From assembly GCA_002269645.1 (NCBI GenBank), contig NIVC01000323.1:62001-126000 (forward strand): 64,000 nucleotides of DNA, written 5' to 3'. A model generated the notes under the pieces. The model had not been told where the DNA came from. It saw nothing but the letters and a program-made list of their open reading frames with translations, and did no database searches. Shown piece after piece: positions 37,216 through 54,720 of this stretch; within the stretch, counting starts at the first letter, position 1, and the number at the start of each line of letters is the position of its first letter. A program made the translations under genes and the position numbers. The DNA comes from Macrostomum lignano. Its lineage: Eukaryota.

Positions 37216-37611
37216 TCACGTTATCCGTCTGTCAACATTTATCGCGATATTGTGACCGTCAGTCGTGGCCCGGCGACCGTCGCCTTCGGCACTCGTATTT
37301 CTTTGCGTAAGCCATCGAGCCCTCCGCTTGCCCAAATTCTCGACCACCTTGGGTCGCCAGGCTTTGCCGCGCGGCTCTCCGTAGTGCTGGATGCACAGGT
37401 AGCACAGCACGTAGCCGCCGATGCACACCAGTCGTTTGTTAGCGGCGTGGCCCGTCAGGCCGCACCGGGAGCAGCTGGAGCAGCCGCCGCACACCACTGT
37501 GCCGTCGCAGATCTCGGTGTGCCAGTCCTCGCCGAGGTGGATCGGTTCGCCGCACCAGCAGGACAGCAGGCGGCGCGGGACAGCATCGGGGTTGTCGGTG
37601 AAATAGTTCAC
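37216..37611 (-). CDS. Hypothetical 131-aa zinc-finger protein, atypical LIM-like
   Basis: GC-rich single ORF with C-x-C-x20-C-x2-C-x2-C-x2-C-x19-C-x2-C. Confidence 0.45.
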   Translation of the reverse strand: MNYFTDNPDAVPRRLLSCWCGEPIHLGEDWHTEICDGTVVCGGCSSCSRCGLTGHAANKRLVCIGGYVLCYLCIQHYGEPRGKAWRPKVVENLGKRRARWLTQRNTSAEGDGRRATTDGHNIAINVDRRIT

Positions 37612-38210
37612 CGAGTTGTAGCTGCGGAATTGGTTTGGGAGCTGTCGTGTTTGACAAGGTTTCTTCGTTCCGTTTCAAAAAGTTGGTTTTATTTTCATAT
37701 CAATTAATGTGGACACTCTGGGAGGCGCTTTTGATGGCGCCAGCGGCCCAGGCTCGATTTCAATTGCCAGTCACATTAATTTGGGGCTAAATTGAAATCT
37801 CGGCTTGGCTCTGATCGTGCAATTAACGGCAATTAAGGGCCAACCCCAAAACCATAAATAAAGTTGGGGCTGCTGTACACTCCTGTGTGTGTGCCTGTGC
37901 GTATGACTGCCCAGGGGAGCCAGCGAAATGTCTCGAGTAATGCCTCTCGCGGTTGTGTGTGACAATTTCGCTTAAAATGCACCGTAATTAAACCCCCTTC
38001 CGGAAAAAAAGTACAATTTTGATACAGAAAATGGAATGAAAACCCAGTTTTTTGTCTTGGAAAAAGATTAATTGTCAGCAATACCATGATGCACATTTTC
38101 TCGCAATATGAACTGTATGTATGTCTTTTGGATAGGCTATTTACGGCTTACTAATCCACCTAATGCGAAGCTAAACTAACTTAAAATTCTTTACAAGTCA
38201 AATTGCAGAA

Positions 38211-38482
38211 TTACCAGATCTGACTTGATGCGCCATCAGGCTGCTCCAGCTGAGGCGCAGGGGCTGGACAGTAAGTTGCCACATTTCGCTGCTGCAACGC
38301 ACTCTGCGGCAGATGGTGCTGCTGGTGCTTTGTTGAGCTGCCACTCTCTAGTGGGTACAGCGGCAAAGGCGGCTGCTCGTCTAGAATCTTCACCATTGGT
38401 CGATTCGAGCCCTTGACCATGGCGATGCGATGGACTGACTGTGCAGCAGCGGTCTCAACGAAAGAAGTTGATTTATGCTCAA
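38211..38482 (-). CDS. Possible orphan terminal exon (Gln/Pro-rich)
   Basis: GC-rich open frame after TACGTAG| reading EHKSTSFVETAAAQ...ASSQIW*, adjacent to a minisatellite. Upstream exons not identified. Confidence 0.25.
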
Positions 38483-38649
38483 CTACGTATGTTTCAGTAT
38501 CGTTTTAAAATTGATGGCTTTTTAGTGTTCTATATAACAAGAGCTAGTTGGATTTTGCACAGCTGTGGATGAGCCATAGACTAAAGAAACCAAATCCAAA
38601 GATTGGCTCATCCAAAAAACATTTCGCTTAGTCTGTGTGCTTTGCAGTT

Positions 38650-39370
38650 CCTTGAGAATCTGCCTCTCTCTCCCTTGAGCATCTGCACCTCTGTTCCTTC
38701 AGTCTTTAAAATCTGCCTCTGCGCTCCTTCAGTGTTAGTATTTGCCTCTCTCTTCCTTCGTTAATTGATAATCTGCCTCTCCGTTCCTTCAGTCCTTGAG
38801 CATCTGCCTCTCCGTTCCTTCAGTCCTTGAGAATCTGCCTCTCCGTTCCTTCAGTCCTTGAGCATCTGCCTCTCCGTTCCTTCAGTCCTTGAGCATCTGC
38901 CTCTCCGTTACTTCAGTCCTTGAGCATCTGCCTCTCCGTTCCTTCAGTCCTTGAGAATCTGCCTCTCCGTTACTTCAGTCCTTGAGAATCTGCCTCTCCG
39001 TTACTTCAGTCCTTGAGAATCTGCCTCTCCGTTACTTCAGTCCTTGAGAATCTGCCTCTCCGTTACTTCAGTCCTTGAGAATCTGCCTCTCCGTTACTTC
39101 AGTCCTTGAGAATCTGCCTCTCCGTTACTTCAGTCCTTGAGAATCTGCCTCTCCGTTACTTCAGTCCTTGAGAATCTGCCTCTCCGTTACTTCTGTCATT
39201 GAGAATCTGCCTCTCCGTTACTTCAGTCCTTGAGAATCTGCCTCTCCCTTCCTTCAGTCATTGAGAATCTGCCTCTCCGTTACTTCAGTCCTTGAGAATC
39301 TGCCTCTCCGTTACTTCAGTCCTTGAGAATCTGCCTCTCCCTTCAGTCTCTGAAAATCTGCCTCTCTACT
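38650..39370. repeat. 31-bp minisatellite (GAGAATCTGCCTCTCCGTTACTTCAGTCCTT)n
   Basis: About 20 tandem units. Confidence 0.95.
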
Positions 39371-39899
39371 CCATCAGTTCCTGATAAAGCAAGTTTATAA
39401 AAAACAGTGCACGTATCAAAGAATTGGAACTGTAAAATTTCTTATGAAAATTTGGCAAGACACAACAGAAGCCGTAGTAAGTAATGCTGTCATTGCAGTT
39501 TTATATTTAGTAAACTTTTGTTATTAAGTTTTAAAAAGTTGAAAAATAGTACACCAGGGTTTTCTGACATTAAATATTTTTTTATGAAAACAGACTATAA
39601 AAATATTGAACAAACCAACTAAAAATTTCGCGTCTCAATCTTATTGCAAACAAGACGGCTATTGCAATGAAATGCTGCAAGTTTAAAAATAATTTCATCA
39701 GAACAAAAAACAAAAAATGCACAGCTAAACTTCAAGGATTATTGCGGTTTTGCGGACGAGTTCAAATTCGTCAGGTAAGCACAGGTGTGTTATAGTGTTA
39801 GAGAAGCTATTAGTGTCTAGAGAAAAATGACAAAAGACAAAATGTGAGTGAAAATTATAGTTAAAGTTATAATAATTATAATTAATTATTTATGACTAC

Positions 39900-40270
39900 C
39901 GGGCATTTCCACTCCGGCGTTTATCTTGGAAAGCGGAACCAACTTTTCTTTGTTTTATTATGCTCCCGGGAACGCCGGAGGGGAAATGCCGAAAGGGAAA
40001 TGCCGGAGGGGTAACGCCGGGGGGTAACGCCAGAGGGGAATGCCAGAGGGGAAATGCCGGAGGGGAAATGCCGGAGGGGAATTGCCGAAGGGGGAACACC
40101 GGAGGGGGAACATCGGAGGGGAAATGCAGGAGGGTAAATGCCAGAGGGGGAACACCGGAGGGGAAATTCCGGAGGGGAACACCGGAAGGAGAAAATCGGA
40201 GGGGAAATGCCGGAGGGGAACACCGGAGGGGAAATGCCGGAGGGGGAACACCAGAGGGGAAATGTCGGAG
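39900..40270. repeat. Degenerate about 15-bp repeat (CCGGAGGGGGAAATG)n
   Basis: Visible G-rich degenerate tandem array. Confidence 0.8.
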
Positions 40271-40543
40271 GGGGAATAACCGTAAGCCATTATTTAGTTA
40301 TAATTACTTTAATTAACCTACTAAATATTAATGAAAACATTTTCAATTGAACTTTTAAACAATCATTTAGTAACGCTTATATACTACTTGAAAAGGTAAA
40401 TAAAACGGTAATTATAATGCGTCAAGACTAATTAATTGATACTTGATAATACAATAACCGGGTATAAAAAAGCGAGTTAACGAAAAAGTCATGAGTCAGT
40501 CAGTCAGAGCTGATGAGAAAATCACAGCTCCCCCCACCGTGAT

Positions 40544-43884
<3,341 letters not shown>

Positions 43885-44244
43885 CTACTGTCTGTTAACT
43901 TCTATCAAAAAGTTGCTTCGGCTATTAATAGATCAACGCCATATAATCCTATCAATTATTAACAATATTTTTGATGTACTCTTAACCAACTTGGAACAAT
44001 TTTTGTCCTTAAGCAAGACATTAAACTCTTGCATTGCTTCAGTTCACACAGCTGTAAAATGGGGAAAATGGGGTTATAGCAGTAGCTGTAGTAATTGACG
44101 GTGTGTATAGTGACCCCCTAATATTTGGACTAAATAGCCATTAGATAAATACCATAGTCAGGAAGAAGGATGTACACCAGAAATTTCTGAGGTATAGTCA
44201 AGAAATTTGGCATAAATGTTGGATCATTTTGCCTGGCAAACAAA

Positions 44245-47200
44245 ATGATCCGAGACCAGCTAGCCCAGAAGACCAACAGCACCCGAATTTGCGAGCGTCT
44301 TCTGATGGAGGACGCCGCCAGGCTGACGCTAGAGCAAGCAGTTGTCATCGCGACTACAATTGAGGATGCAGTGGAGGCTAAAAGCTCCTGCACCCGATGC
44401 AGTCGGAGCCACGAGGCTAAGGCAAAGTGTCCCCCGCACGGCAGGAAATGCAACAGTTGCAGGAAATTGAACCACTTCAGTCGATGCTGCCGCAGCAAAG
44501 CACTCCAAGTCAGCGCAGACGAGACGGTCATGATCTCTGCCGTGCATGGCAGCGACGAGATCCGAGTCGAGCTTCAGCTGGGCAACTGCTCGAAGACTGT
44601 CAGCCTGATGGTCGACTGCGGCGCCAAAGTTTCTCTGCTCAACGAGGCTACGGCAGACATCGATCATCGATCTGAAGCCATCGGCAGTGCAGCTATGAGC
44701 TTATGGCGGGAAGAAGATCGCCGTCGCGGGGCTTTCAACAGTCGGCGTCAAGTACCACGGCCAAGTGCAACACGACTTTCACGTCACTAGGTCGGGCGAA
44801 AATATTGTCGGCCGCGATCTGATGCAGAAGCTGGGTATCCAAGTGCGACTCCAGCCTCACGATGCTAACATCGGAATTGCCAACGTGGACATCGCCCAGC
44901 GGTCTTCGACGGATCAATCGGTCTCTGCAGAGGTGCACCAACCGAGGATCAACACGGTCGTACCACCAGTGCAGCAGCCGCTGCGCCGCCTGCCACTCGC
45001 CAATCAGCAATAGGTCGGCGAGGAGCTCGACCGTCTGGAGGCAGCAGGCATCATCCAGCGGGTCAACTCAAGCCCATGGATTTCTAATCTGGTCGTGGCG
45101 AACAAGAAGAATGGCAGCATTCGAGTGTGCATCGACGTGCGCAAACTAAATAAGTCGCTGATCATCGACCGACACCCAATGCCGCAGTTGGACGAGATCT
45201 CTGCAAAGATCAAGGCGGCCAGCAGCCACATGTTCTCCAAGATCGACCTCAAGGTGGGCTACATGCAGATGCAGCTACACGAGTCATCACGTGACCTGAC
45301 GACCTTCATTACGCACCAGGGCTTGTACCGTTACTGCCGGGTGCCGTTTGACCTAGCGTCTGCTCCGGCGGCCTTCCAGAGGATGCTGGACGACCTGGTG
45401 GCTCATCTGCCAGGAGTGGAGCACATCTTGGATGATTTCATCGTCTTCGGAGCAACTGAGGACGAACATGACTCGAGGCTGCAAGCTCTGCTGAAGCGAC
45501 TGGAGGACGCCGGCCTCACCTCCAACAAGGACAAGTGCGAGCTACGGAAGACCGAGATAGTTTTTCGGCTTCGTCTTCTTGGCGGAGGGCATCCGGTCGT
45601 CCAAGTCTCAGACCAAGGCTTTCAACGAGCTGCGCGCGCCGACGAGCAAGGAGCTGCAGGTGTTCCTTGGATCGGCAAACTATCTGATGTAGTTCGTGCC
45701 CCACTTTACCGAGGACACGACGCTGCTGAGGTCTCTGCTCAAGGGCGATGCCGGGTTCAAATGGACAGCTCAATGCGAGCGAGCCTTCCAGGCGCTGAAA
45801 ACGGCAATCTGCAATCCGCCGGTCCTGACGCACTTCGACCCCGATGCCGAAACAATCGTCACCAGCGACGCCAGCGCCGAGTCCCTGGGCGCACAGCCGA
45901 TCGAATTCGCGGCACGCGCGCTGATAGAGATCAAGAAACGTTACTCTGCGAACGAGCGAGAGGCGCTGGCGAGCCTGTGGGCCATGGAAAAGCGGCACTA
46001 CTACCTGTTTGGGCGCCATTTCGAGCTGCGAACGGATCACCAGGCCCTGCGACAGCTGCTGCTGGGACCCAGCGACACCGGACATCGGCCGCTGCGCATT
46101 CACCGGTGGTGTGACCGATTTAAGCAGTACGACTTTTATGTGCGCTACCATACATGCGCAACTGCTGGCCGACCTGGCCGATCTGGCCACCGTAAATTGT
46201 GGTGGACCAGGGGTAAGTCGCAAAAATGCACACCCCAAAGAATACAGACGTAGTACTAATTAGATGACAAGGCATTTAGCCCTTATAAGACAGTCATAGT
46301 TACTCTTGCCGTTTACCCAAAATTGCGTTACTGTTGCTCTAGGGTTTCTTTCACAGGTAAGTCGCATTTTTGGTCAAAAAGTAAGTCGCATGGCCAGTGT
46401 AAATCAGGGGGGGGGTTGCGCATGTATGTGCGCTACCTCCCGGGAGTCGCAACTTGTTGGCCGACATGCTGTCCAGGTGGAGCTGCAGGTCGGACATGAA
46501 CGTCGTCCAATTGCCGGACACCGCGATGCCTCGACTCCGAATCATCACGCCACAGCGGCTAGCGACGGGCACAGCAGAGGACACGATACTGCGCGAAGTC
46601 ATTCAGCGAGTTACCACCGGCAACTGGAGTTCGGCCAAGGACACCAAGTTGCAGCCGTACTTAAAAGTCCGAGAGCATCTCAGCATCTGGCAAGACAGCT
46701 CCTGCCTGGCCTTCCAAGACCGCGCCATCATCCCACAGGACCTGCGCGGTGAGCTTTTGGAGTTCGCGTATGCGGGACACCCGGGGGTGGTGCGTACCAA
46801 GCAGCAGCTTCGTGAGTTTGCCTGGTGGCCGAGGATGGAAGCCGACGTCAAGACGTTTGTCAGAGACTGCGAGACTGCGGAGAAGCTTTCAAGCTGCGAC
46901 TGGCTCTGCTGCAGCTCCTGCCATGGCCAGACTCGCCGTGGACAGAGATCGCCATCGACATCGTGGGTGAACTGCAGGCAGCGCCAGCATCGTTACAATT
47001 CCTGGTCATCACGGATTTGCAGTAAGTGGCCGGAGGTCTTCGCGACTTCAAGCATCACCACCGACACTGTCTGTAAGGAGCTACGCAGGCTGTTCGCACG
47101 CTGGGGCCTCTGCGAGGTCCTCACTGACAATGGACCCCAGTTCGGTGACGCCTTCACCAGTTTCCTGCGAGAGCGGGGCATCCAACACCTAGACTTGTCC

Positions 47201-47860
47201 GTATCGTCCGAGCACCAATGGCCAAACCAAGCGGCTCAACCGGTCCCTGATGGACAGCATTTGAGCGTCTAGAGCCGACAACGTGCCGATGCAGAATGCG
47301 CTGCTGCAGTTTCTCGAGAGCTAGCGCAGCACGCTGCACGCCCTGACTGGCAAGAGCCCGGACGAACTGATGTTGGGTCGCTACTGGCGCACGTCCATGT
47401 TGCTACTTGCTCCAGTCAAGAACGGCACTGCTGCGAAATCTAATATCGCAAAACGCATTCAGCAGCGTCAACAGCAGACGGTAGAGTACACCGACCAACG
47501 GCGTGGAGCCCAGTAGCCAACACGACCTGGCAAGCTCGGCAGCCGGCTCTCTGCGGCGCTGCAGATCATCAAGGCAATAGGAGCAGCCTGTCGACTGGCG
47601 GACGGCAGCACCTGGAACCAGCAACCGCTAGTGCCGATATCTCTGCGATCAAACTATGAGGCATCTGCGGCTGGCGAGTTTGATCCCCTCGTGGATGTCC
47701 AAAAGCATGCAATGCAAGATGGAGGAGGAGAGGTTCGACTATTGACTCCTGGTCCAGCCGAAGGACCACTAGCTCCAGCTCTGTGATGGTCCACTCGTCT
47801 GCGACGTCCTCTGCAGTGCTAAGGCTGGTGATCTCAATTGGAGAGGGGAAAGATATTGTC
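44245..47860 (+). mobile_element. Degenerate Ty3/Gypsy LTR retrotransposon internal region (gag-PR-RT-RH-IN)
   Basis: Zinc knuckle CNSCRKLNHFSRCC; protease MVDCGAKVSLL; RT PWISNLVV...RVCID...FSKIDL...ILDDFIVFG; RNase H SDAS...EREALA...RTDHQAL; integrase HPGV...WWPRM, WTEIAIDIVG, LTDNGPQF. Many stops and frameshifts. Polypurine tract-like GGAGAGGGGAAAG at about 47840. LTR pair not found. Confidence 0.9.
46149..46428. mobile_element. 280-bp hAT MITE, 14-bp perfect TIR CATACATGCGCAAC, 8-bp TSD TGCGCTAC
   Basis: TSD at 46141-46148 and 46429-46436. Excision restores the Gypsy frame YDFYVRY|LPGSRNLLADMLSR. Internal sequence is homologous to 42536-42832. Confidence 0.95.
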
Positions 47861-49509
47861 GTAACTTGACAGGTCAACTTAATGATAATATTGTTACACT
47901 GGTATTTCTACTATAAGTATGGTATAATGTAAATGCTAACTATATTAATATTATTCTTGTCTTGTACATATACTGCCACTTTCAGTAGAGTAGCTGATAA
48001 ATTATCTGTATAACATATTATTGATCATGTGACATATCTGGCTTTTTAATTATCAATTGTGCATTTTTCTAGTGTGACTAAAATATAAATGAAGCAACTA
48101 TGTGCACCTGGCACTTTAACTTTCAACTACAACTGGAAACCTCAAGTCTTGGCTACACAACAGAAATAAATGAATGTTGCCATTTCAAAGTGAGGGAACT
48201 GTTTAAGTCCCTGGAATTTAGGACTCAAGCATCAACATAGTTTGTCAATGCCATCTCCATGGTTGGATGATAGGGACTAAAGTTAAGATGAATATTTTCA
48301 CATTCCAATGGGAGCTCTTCAACAACACATTTTTTACATCAAATACACATTGAGGTTAGGATAGTGGGGGCTTAAGTTAAGATGAATGAAGCCAATGGGG
48401 AAGCCCCTAGCATCTGTCACTATCAAAGAAGGCTAGATTGCAAAAGAGGCTTATTGGAAAGAAATGATAAATAGGCCATTGCCTATTTAGAAGATCTTGG
48501 TAAGAATTAGAGATTTTGTTACTTCAGTTACTTAAACAATATGAGAAAAAGAGAAGGGAAAGAGAAGAGAGAGGGAGAAATAGAGAAAGGGAAAAAGAGA
48601 GAGGGAGAAATAGAGAAAGGGAAAAAAGAGAGAGGGAAGATGGCAAGAAAGAAAAAGGCCAAAAGGGGCAAAAGAAGAAAGGAAGAGACGAGAGGGAAGA
48701 GGCCTGTCAGGAAGGTGTCCATGTGTCCAGTGTAAGTCGGTTTTTTTTGGCAAAATTTTAGGTGTATCTTAAATATGCCAAAAATTGGAAAAATAAATTT
48801 GTTATATATACTAAAATCTCAAAATGATACAACTTTACTTTTGAGCTTAAAATAAAAGATATTTTTACATTGCAATAATCAATGACCTTTTTTCTATTGT
48901 TATGTTTAATATTGTCATGTACACTATAACCTTTATTGGAATAAGTTGACAAAATGCAGACGACCATCCATTGCATTTTTAGATTCTCCTAGTGTTGCGT
49001 CGCGGCACAGTGGTGTCAAGTGGTGTGTCACATTGCACGACAGTGCTGTCTAGCATTGTGTTGCGTTGCAGCCACGGGACACTGTGACAACCTAGTGTCA
49101 TCATGTGTTGCCTTGCGGCCTAGATCTGCAGCCCAAAGCTCGCAAACTGCATTTCATTATAATCTGTTCATGGTTGTTTCTTGGTATTTAAATGTTTCAA
49201 ACATGTTTGATATACTTCAAATATACTTCAAAAACTACAAAAATACTTCAAATATAATTTTTAGAAATGTTACCTGTTAGTTACAATGCATGCACTATTT
49301 TTCTAACTGCTGTACCTTTGTTGTTTTACCTTTTATTGTTTTTAAATTTCATATCTTTTTCTGTGAAATTGAAAGGAATACTCTCATCCTTTGCCCCATG
49401 GTCTCGGTCTTGGGAGTGAATGGCAGAACAGGAATTGTCAATTTAAGTGAATGCTTAATGCCCTGATTTTGTGCCTTCCCCTTCCTTCTCAGTCATTTGG
49501 TCAACAGAC

Positions 49510-50180
49510 TAGAGATGTTCTAAAAGCAAATTTTCTGTCAAAATCGAAATCGAAATCGAAATTTGCTACTTTCCAAAATCGAAATTGAAATTTTCCGAAA
49601 TTGTAATTCAGAAAAACAAAGTTTAGTACAACCGACACTTCACTTTTCTACTTTCAATTTACTGCTCATGCGAAACAAAATACATGTATGTTTAGCAAAA
49701 GTTTGTTTATTTTTAGCCACTAAATAAGTAAAATCCCTCATTGCCACTTTTAAATTCAAAAAAATTTTTCGACACGAAAACCATGCTGAGTTGTACATAT
49801 ATAAAATGTACAGTTAAAATGTACGATTATCACTGTATGACTAGCAATAACTGATATTGTATAAATAATAATGCATGTACATGTACGGTCAATGTACATA
49901 TATGTACTGTAAAATGCAAAAAATATGCAATAATCTGCAGACGCTTTTGCAGCTTTAAAGTGCAACAAAATTTACGAAAATTTACAGTTCTACAAACTAC
50001 ATGCTACATGTCCTACATGCATGGAACAGTTTTAACAAATTCAAATAGTTTTACATGTAAAAATTGTAATAATATCACTGATAAAAGACAGTAACAAAGT
50101 CCTAAAAAACTAAAATTTGCTCTAAAAAAATCCAATTTTTGGAAAATTGAAATCGAAATCGAAATTTCGGAACATTTCTA
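49510..50180. mobile_element. About 670-bp hAT (Ac-like) non-autonomous element
   Basis: TIRs TAGAGATGTTCT / GGAACATTTCTA (10/12 match), subterminal AATCGA repeats at both ends, flanking CAACAGAC / CAATAGAC (7/8 TSD). Confidence 0.75.
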
Positions 50181-51077
50181 CAATAGACAATGGTGTTGCC
50201 CCCCCCCCAAGTCAACAAAATTTGGTGTCATGTCAAACTTTTGAGGGCACAATTTTGGCACCCATGCCATGTCACCTGTCCATGGGTTTTTGAAACTTAT
50301 TCCAATAGGGATTATAACAAAATAAGCATTATGTCTATTATACCTTTAAAACAACTTGTAATAATACAAAGCCCTAGTACCTAAATTCTTTAAAATAGCA
50401 TCATCACATTCAAATAAGTATAGATATAGATATTATTTTTTTCATTTGCACTCTTCTCATCTTTTAACCATAACCTTTTTCTTTGAAATGTTCTACCTTT
50501 TGTTATAGAAGTTAGAAGATACTTACATTTATTTAAAATTATTTTTAAATGGCTTTATATACTCTTTTTTATATATCAAATACAACTTTTTAGATTCAAA
50601 CATGCTAGGCCTAATGAACTTTAAAAGGCTAATTTGCATACCAGAAAATTCTGGCATATAGGAAACTTTCCTGACAATGGGCCATATATGCAATGTCTAG
50701 CTATCTTTTTAAGGTGTCTACTAGGTTAAAACTAATTTATACTAATAGTTATAAAATATTTTCTAGCTAATGATATAGATATAGATACAAATAGGCTACA
50801 AGAAAAAAATTAAGATATGGCTATAGGAAAACTTAAGCTATGGCTCAACTTCATTAAAGATACTCATGACATTATAATATTAATGTTTTGACAATTTTTT
50901 TAAAATATAAAGCCTATGAAACATAAATCTTAACAAAATAACTACAAACTGATATTATGAAATGCCTCCTGTTACTAAAATGACCAACTTATTAAATCTT
51001 TATTTCCACCAAAGGTGAAGCATGTCTGTCACAGAAGCAACATGTAGACTAACCAAAATGATTAGGCCTATTTAGTT

Positions 51078-51251
51078 CAGGGGCGTGGCTAGGAATTCCC
51101 TACAGGGGGATAGGCCTATACCAAGGTTAAAGTAGGGCCTATTAATGACAGTCACGTGATAGCAACAAAGGGCAACAAAAAAAGTTTTGCTCAGGCTCTT
51201 GACTTTGGGGGAGGGATACATCCCCCCTATCACCCGCTTTCTATGCCCCTG
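51078..51251. mobile_element. Possible small MITE with CAGGGGCGTGG / CTATGCCCCTG ends
   Basis: Imperfect 11-bp TIRs (9/11). No TSD detected. Confidence 0.35.
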
Positions 51252-54200
51252 TTTGTCACCAAAATGTCTGCCACCAAAATAATCTGTACCCAATGCATGT
51301 ATACAGTGTAGGCCTAGCTATATTGGCATAAACAAAAAATGTAGGCTGTAGCTCATTTTTTAGGGTACATACAGACTACAGTGTTCCAGACTGTAGATAT
51401 GCTATGGCTGACCAGGCTGAGAAGTTTATGGTTGCAAATCTGCAATAAGGGCAGGTATAATAAATGAGTATTAATATATTTTATTTTATATTATTACAGG
51501 TTCTTAATATATATTTATGTTTATATCATACTCATTAAAACTAAAAAAGCTGTTTCCTAAGGTCTTACACTAGTCAGGCTATATATAGTAGGCCTAGTCG
51601 TCTGTAGGTCGATCCCAGTTTTTCTTTTTGAGCTAGTAAGACATTGAGATCGGGCCTTATTTAATTCATGAGGTGGGGGTGGAGAAGAATTTAAAATTTG
51701 ATCGTGGGGTTGTTCAGGTTTCTTCGAAACCGGTTAGCGTTGCGTTCGCACGAATTAAGCCGGAAAAATCGCGCAGGTAAATCTCAACGAATTTCTTCTC
51801 CTTTTACTCCGACAGCCGGGGTCCTCAAATTCCGGGGGGAGGGTAGTTGTAATCGTAGCGGAGCGGTCGTAGAGCGGCACGGTCGTTCAGTTGTAGAAAC
51901 ACAGGAGATTCTGACTCCGTAAATTAATGCGTCGATGAGTTGAACTTGTTACTTTTAGTAGGGTAGTTGCTGCCACCACCGTAATTCACGTATTACGGAA
52001 CGTCTAATGGTCTCAGAGCTTTCTTTGAGATGAGACTTCGGTTATTTTACGCCCCACGGGCAAAGGATTCAAGATAGGCTATGGCTTAAATCAACGAATA
52101 AAGAGTGGTTAATATTTAATTCGTCGGCGTTATTTGTTTATTAATTATAATTCGTTAAAAATGTTTTGTTAGCAGGCGTTGGAAATTTATTTTGTTGCGA
52201 ACGAGAAAAATGGGGGGGGGTGGGGGGGCGACGACGGATGCCGAGACAGCGCAATGAATAAAATTAACTAAAACTAAACAAGGAGAGAGCGAAGGAAGAA
52301 GGAAGGAGGAAGGTAAAAACATCGCGGCAGAAACCGAAACTTAAATAAGAAAAGTCATTAAATTCAATCCCAGGGCGGGGGTTGGGACGGATGACAGGAC
52401 AACAGGGTGGGCGAGCCCGTGGGCAACCGGATGGACCAAAAAATCGCAACACATAAGGTAGCAAAATTGGGAAATATCAACAAAAGGAAAACACATTCCA
52501 ACGGCGGGGCAAACCGAAGGGACAACCATAGGAGAACTCAAAAAACACCGGGAAAAAAGGAGACACAACCGTGGGAAAAGTAACAAGGAAAAATTTCCGG
52601 GAATTGGGAGTCGAATTAAATTAAAATTGTTATTATTATTGTTATTAGACGTATTAAAGTTTTAGTGGCAACCCACCTGCCACAATTGCTTGGCCAAGCA
52701 GACGAAATTTTCGAAGAAAAAAACAAAAAACCTAAATTTTGGGCTGTTATTCCTGTTAATCGGCACTAGCTGTATTGACCTAGGAGCATTGCCAGGATTT
52801 ATTAAATCATGAGAAAAAATATGATTTAATCATAATTTTAAATCAAATAAAGTTATTTGATTAACTTTGTGTAGCATATACCTGCATATCTAATTTAAAA
52901 GTAAACAATTTCGTATTTACTTTATTTGTAATTGTATTTGTAATACAGTGTTTCTATAGTATTTCTGTTTTACTGTACTTTCTACTGAATGTGTTTATGT
53001 TATTTTGCATATATAGTTTTATAATGTAGCTTGTTTTAATGACCAATGTTAAATTATATAAATATAATTATCATTCATTGTTTGTAAGAGTTCGCCGCTC
53101 TGATTTGGCATTTTCGCCTGAGAATTCAAACACGGCTCCTCAAGAATTTCGTTACACTTGTAAAATTTAAACCGCCGCTAAATTTAGGCGCAGAGAGTAG
53201 TTAATTTAAACAAACCCTTTATAAATAAGAGTGTGGCACTGGGCGCGCGCTACTACTTTTTGCATCTTTTTTGGCACTTCTTTGATTACGTTTTTTCAGC
53301 GCCAGTAAGGCGCTCAGCGCGTTGCATGGTGCAGTGTTACGTCCATTGATGCGTCCAGTGAAACCTATAGACGCGCCCCTTCGAGTCACAGTCCTTTGTA
53401 CAGTTCCGTTACCCACAACCGTCTAAACTTCACGCAGCTCTGTTGAACACCTGAGGTCCCCATCTTTCTGAAGATTCCACCAATTCCCACCAGCTATAGC
53501 CTATAGCGTGTTTAAACACGCGGTAGTTATTTGTATGCAAGCAACTCATTGAAAGTGTTTATTGTGGAAGTTTTTTTCTAGATAATACTGAAAGAGAAAG
53601 TTTCAAAAAACAGAGTACATTTACTGCACATAAGCTTGCCGAGGTTTGCCATGCCAAAGTTTTCTTGCGGAACCTTAAAGAGCCTATTTTTGAGCTCTTG
53701 TATTTCTCATTTTCATTTTCTAAAGATTCGTGGAAGTAGAAGTCGCCTTTAATGTTGAGATTTCGTATGAGGATATGACGGATTTGAAAAGCCCAAACTT
53801 CGGCAAGCAAAATTCAGAAAGAAAAATTTGGCAAGCAATATTCGGCAAGCAAAATTCCTGTAAACTTCCCTTGTCACTCACCCTGTCACTTTCATTCCTG
53901 TCACTCTCACCCCTGTCCCTCTTGTCACACACCCTGTCACCCCTGTAAACCCTGTCACCCCTGTCACCCCTGTCACCTCTGTCACCCCTGTCACCAAAGA
54001 ACACAAACTTAATGAGCATATAAGTATGTTCGCTTTTCACCATGAACATGCATTTGTAGCAGCGAATCATTCAATTATCGGTATATTTTGATGCATATCG
54101 CTGACAATACTGCTGGAACACAGATTGTCAGTCTTGAATAAATCTGTTTACATGACGCCAGTTTCTATTGCCGTTTATTTAAAACTGCTTGCCACTGCAT

Positions 54201-54299
54201 GCGCGCGTGCACAGACCCGGGTCGCATCGAGCTCTCCATCAACCCAACACGACCGTTCAGACAGCTGAAATGAAAAATTTGACTCATTTTTAGTTTGCC

Positions 54300-54720
54300 T
54301 TCCCATCATCAGCTACTCATAATTGCAGGGGACTCAGCATCAGCTACTCATAATTGCAGGGGACTCAGCATCGGCCACTCAAAAATTGCAGGGGACTCAG
54401 CATCAGCTACTCATACTTCCAGGGGACCAATCCAATGTGTTAGGTGGGGTGCCAATCTAAGGTGTCAGATGGGGTGCCAATCTAAGGTGTCAGATGGGGT
54501 GCCAATCTAAGGTGTCAGATGGGGTGCCAATCTAAGGTGTCAGATGGGGTTCCAATCTAAGGTGTCAGATGGGGTGCCAATCTAAGGTGTCAGATGGGGT
54601 GCCAATTTAAGGTGTCAGATGGGGTGCCAATCTAAGGTGTCAGATGGGGTTCCAATCTAAGGTGTCAGATGGGGTGCCAATCTAAGGTGTCAGATGGGGT
54701 TCCAATCTAAGGTGTCAGAT
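54300..54720. repeat. Short about 32-bp repeat followed by 25-bp minisatellite (GGGGTGCCAATCTAAGGTGTCAGAT)n
   Basis: Tandem units visible; about 11 units of the 25-mer at 54440-54720. Confidence 0.92.

Noticed and set aside
40505-40530. Hammerhead core CTGATGA...GAAA downstream of TYMS
   Set aside because: No stem II between the motifs and no flanking helices; chance match.
44100-48100. Paired LTRs for the Gypsy element
   Set aside because: A PPT-like tract is present, but no matching direct repeat was found upstream of gag.
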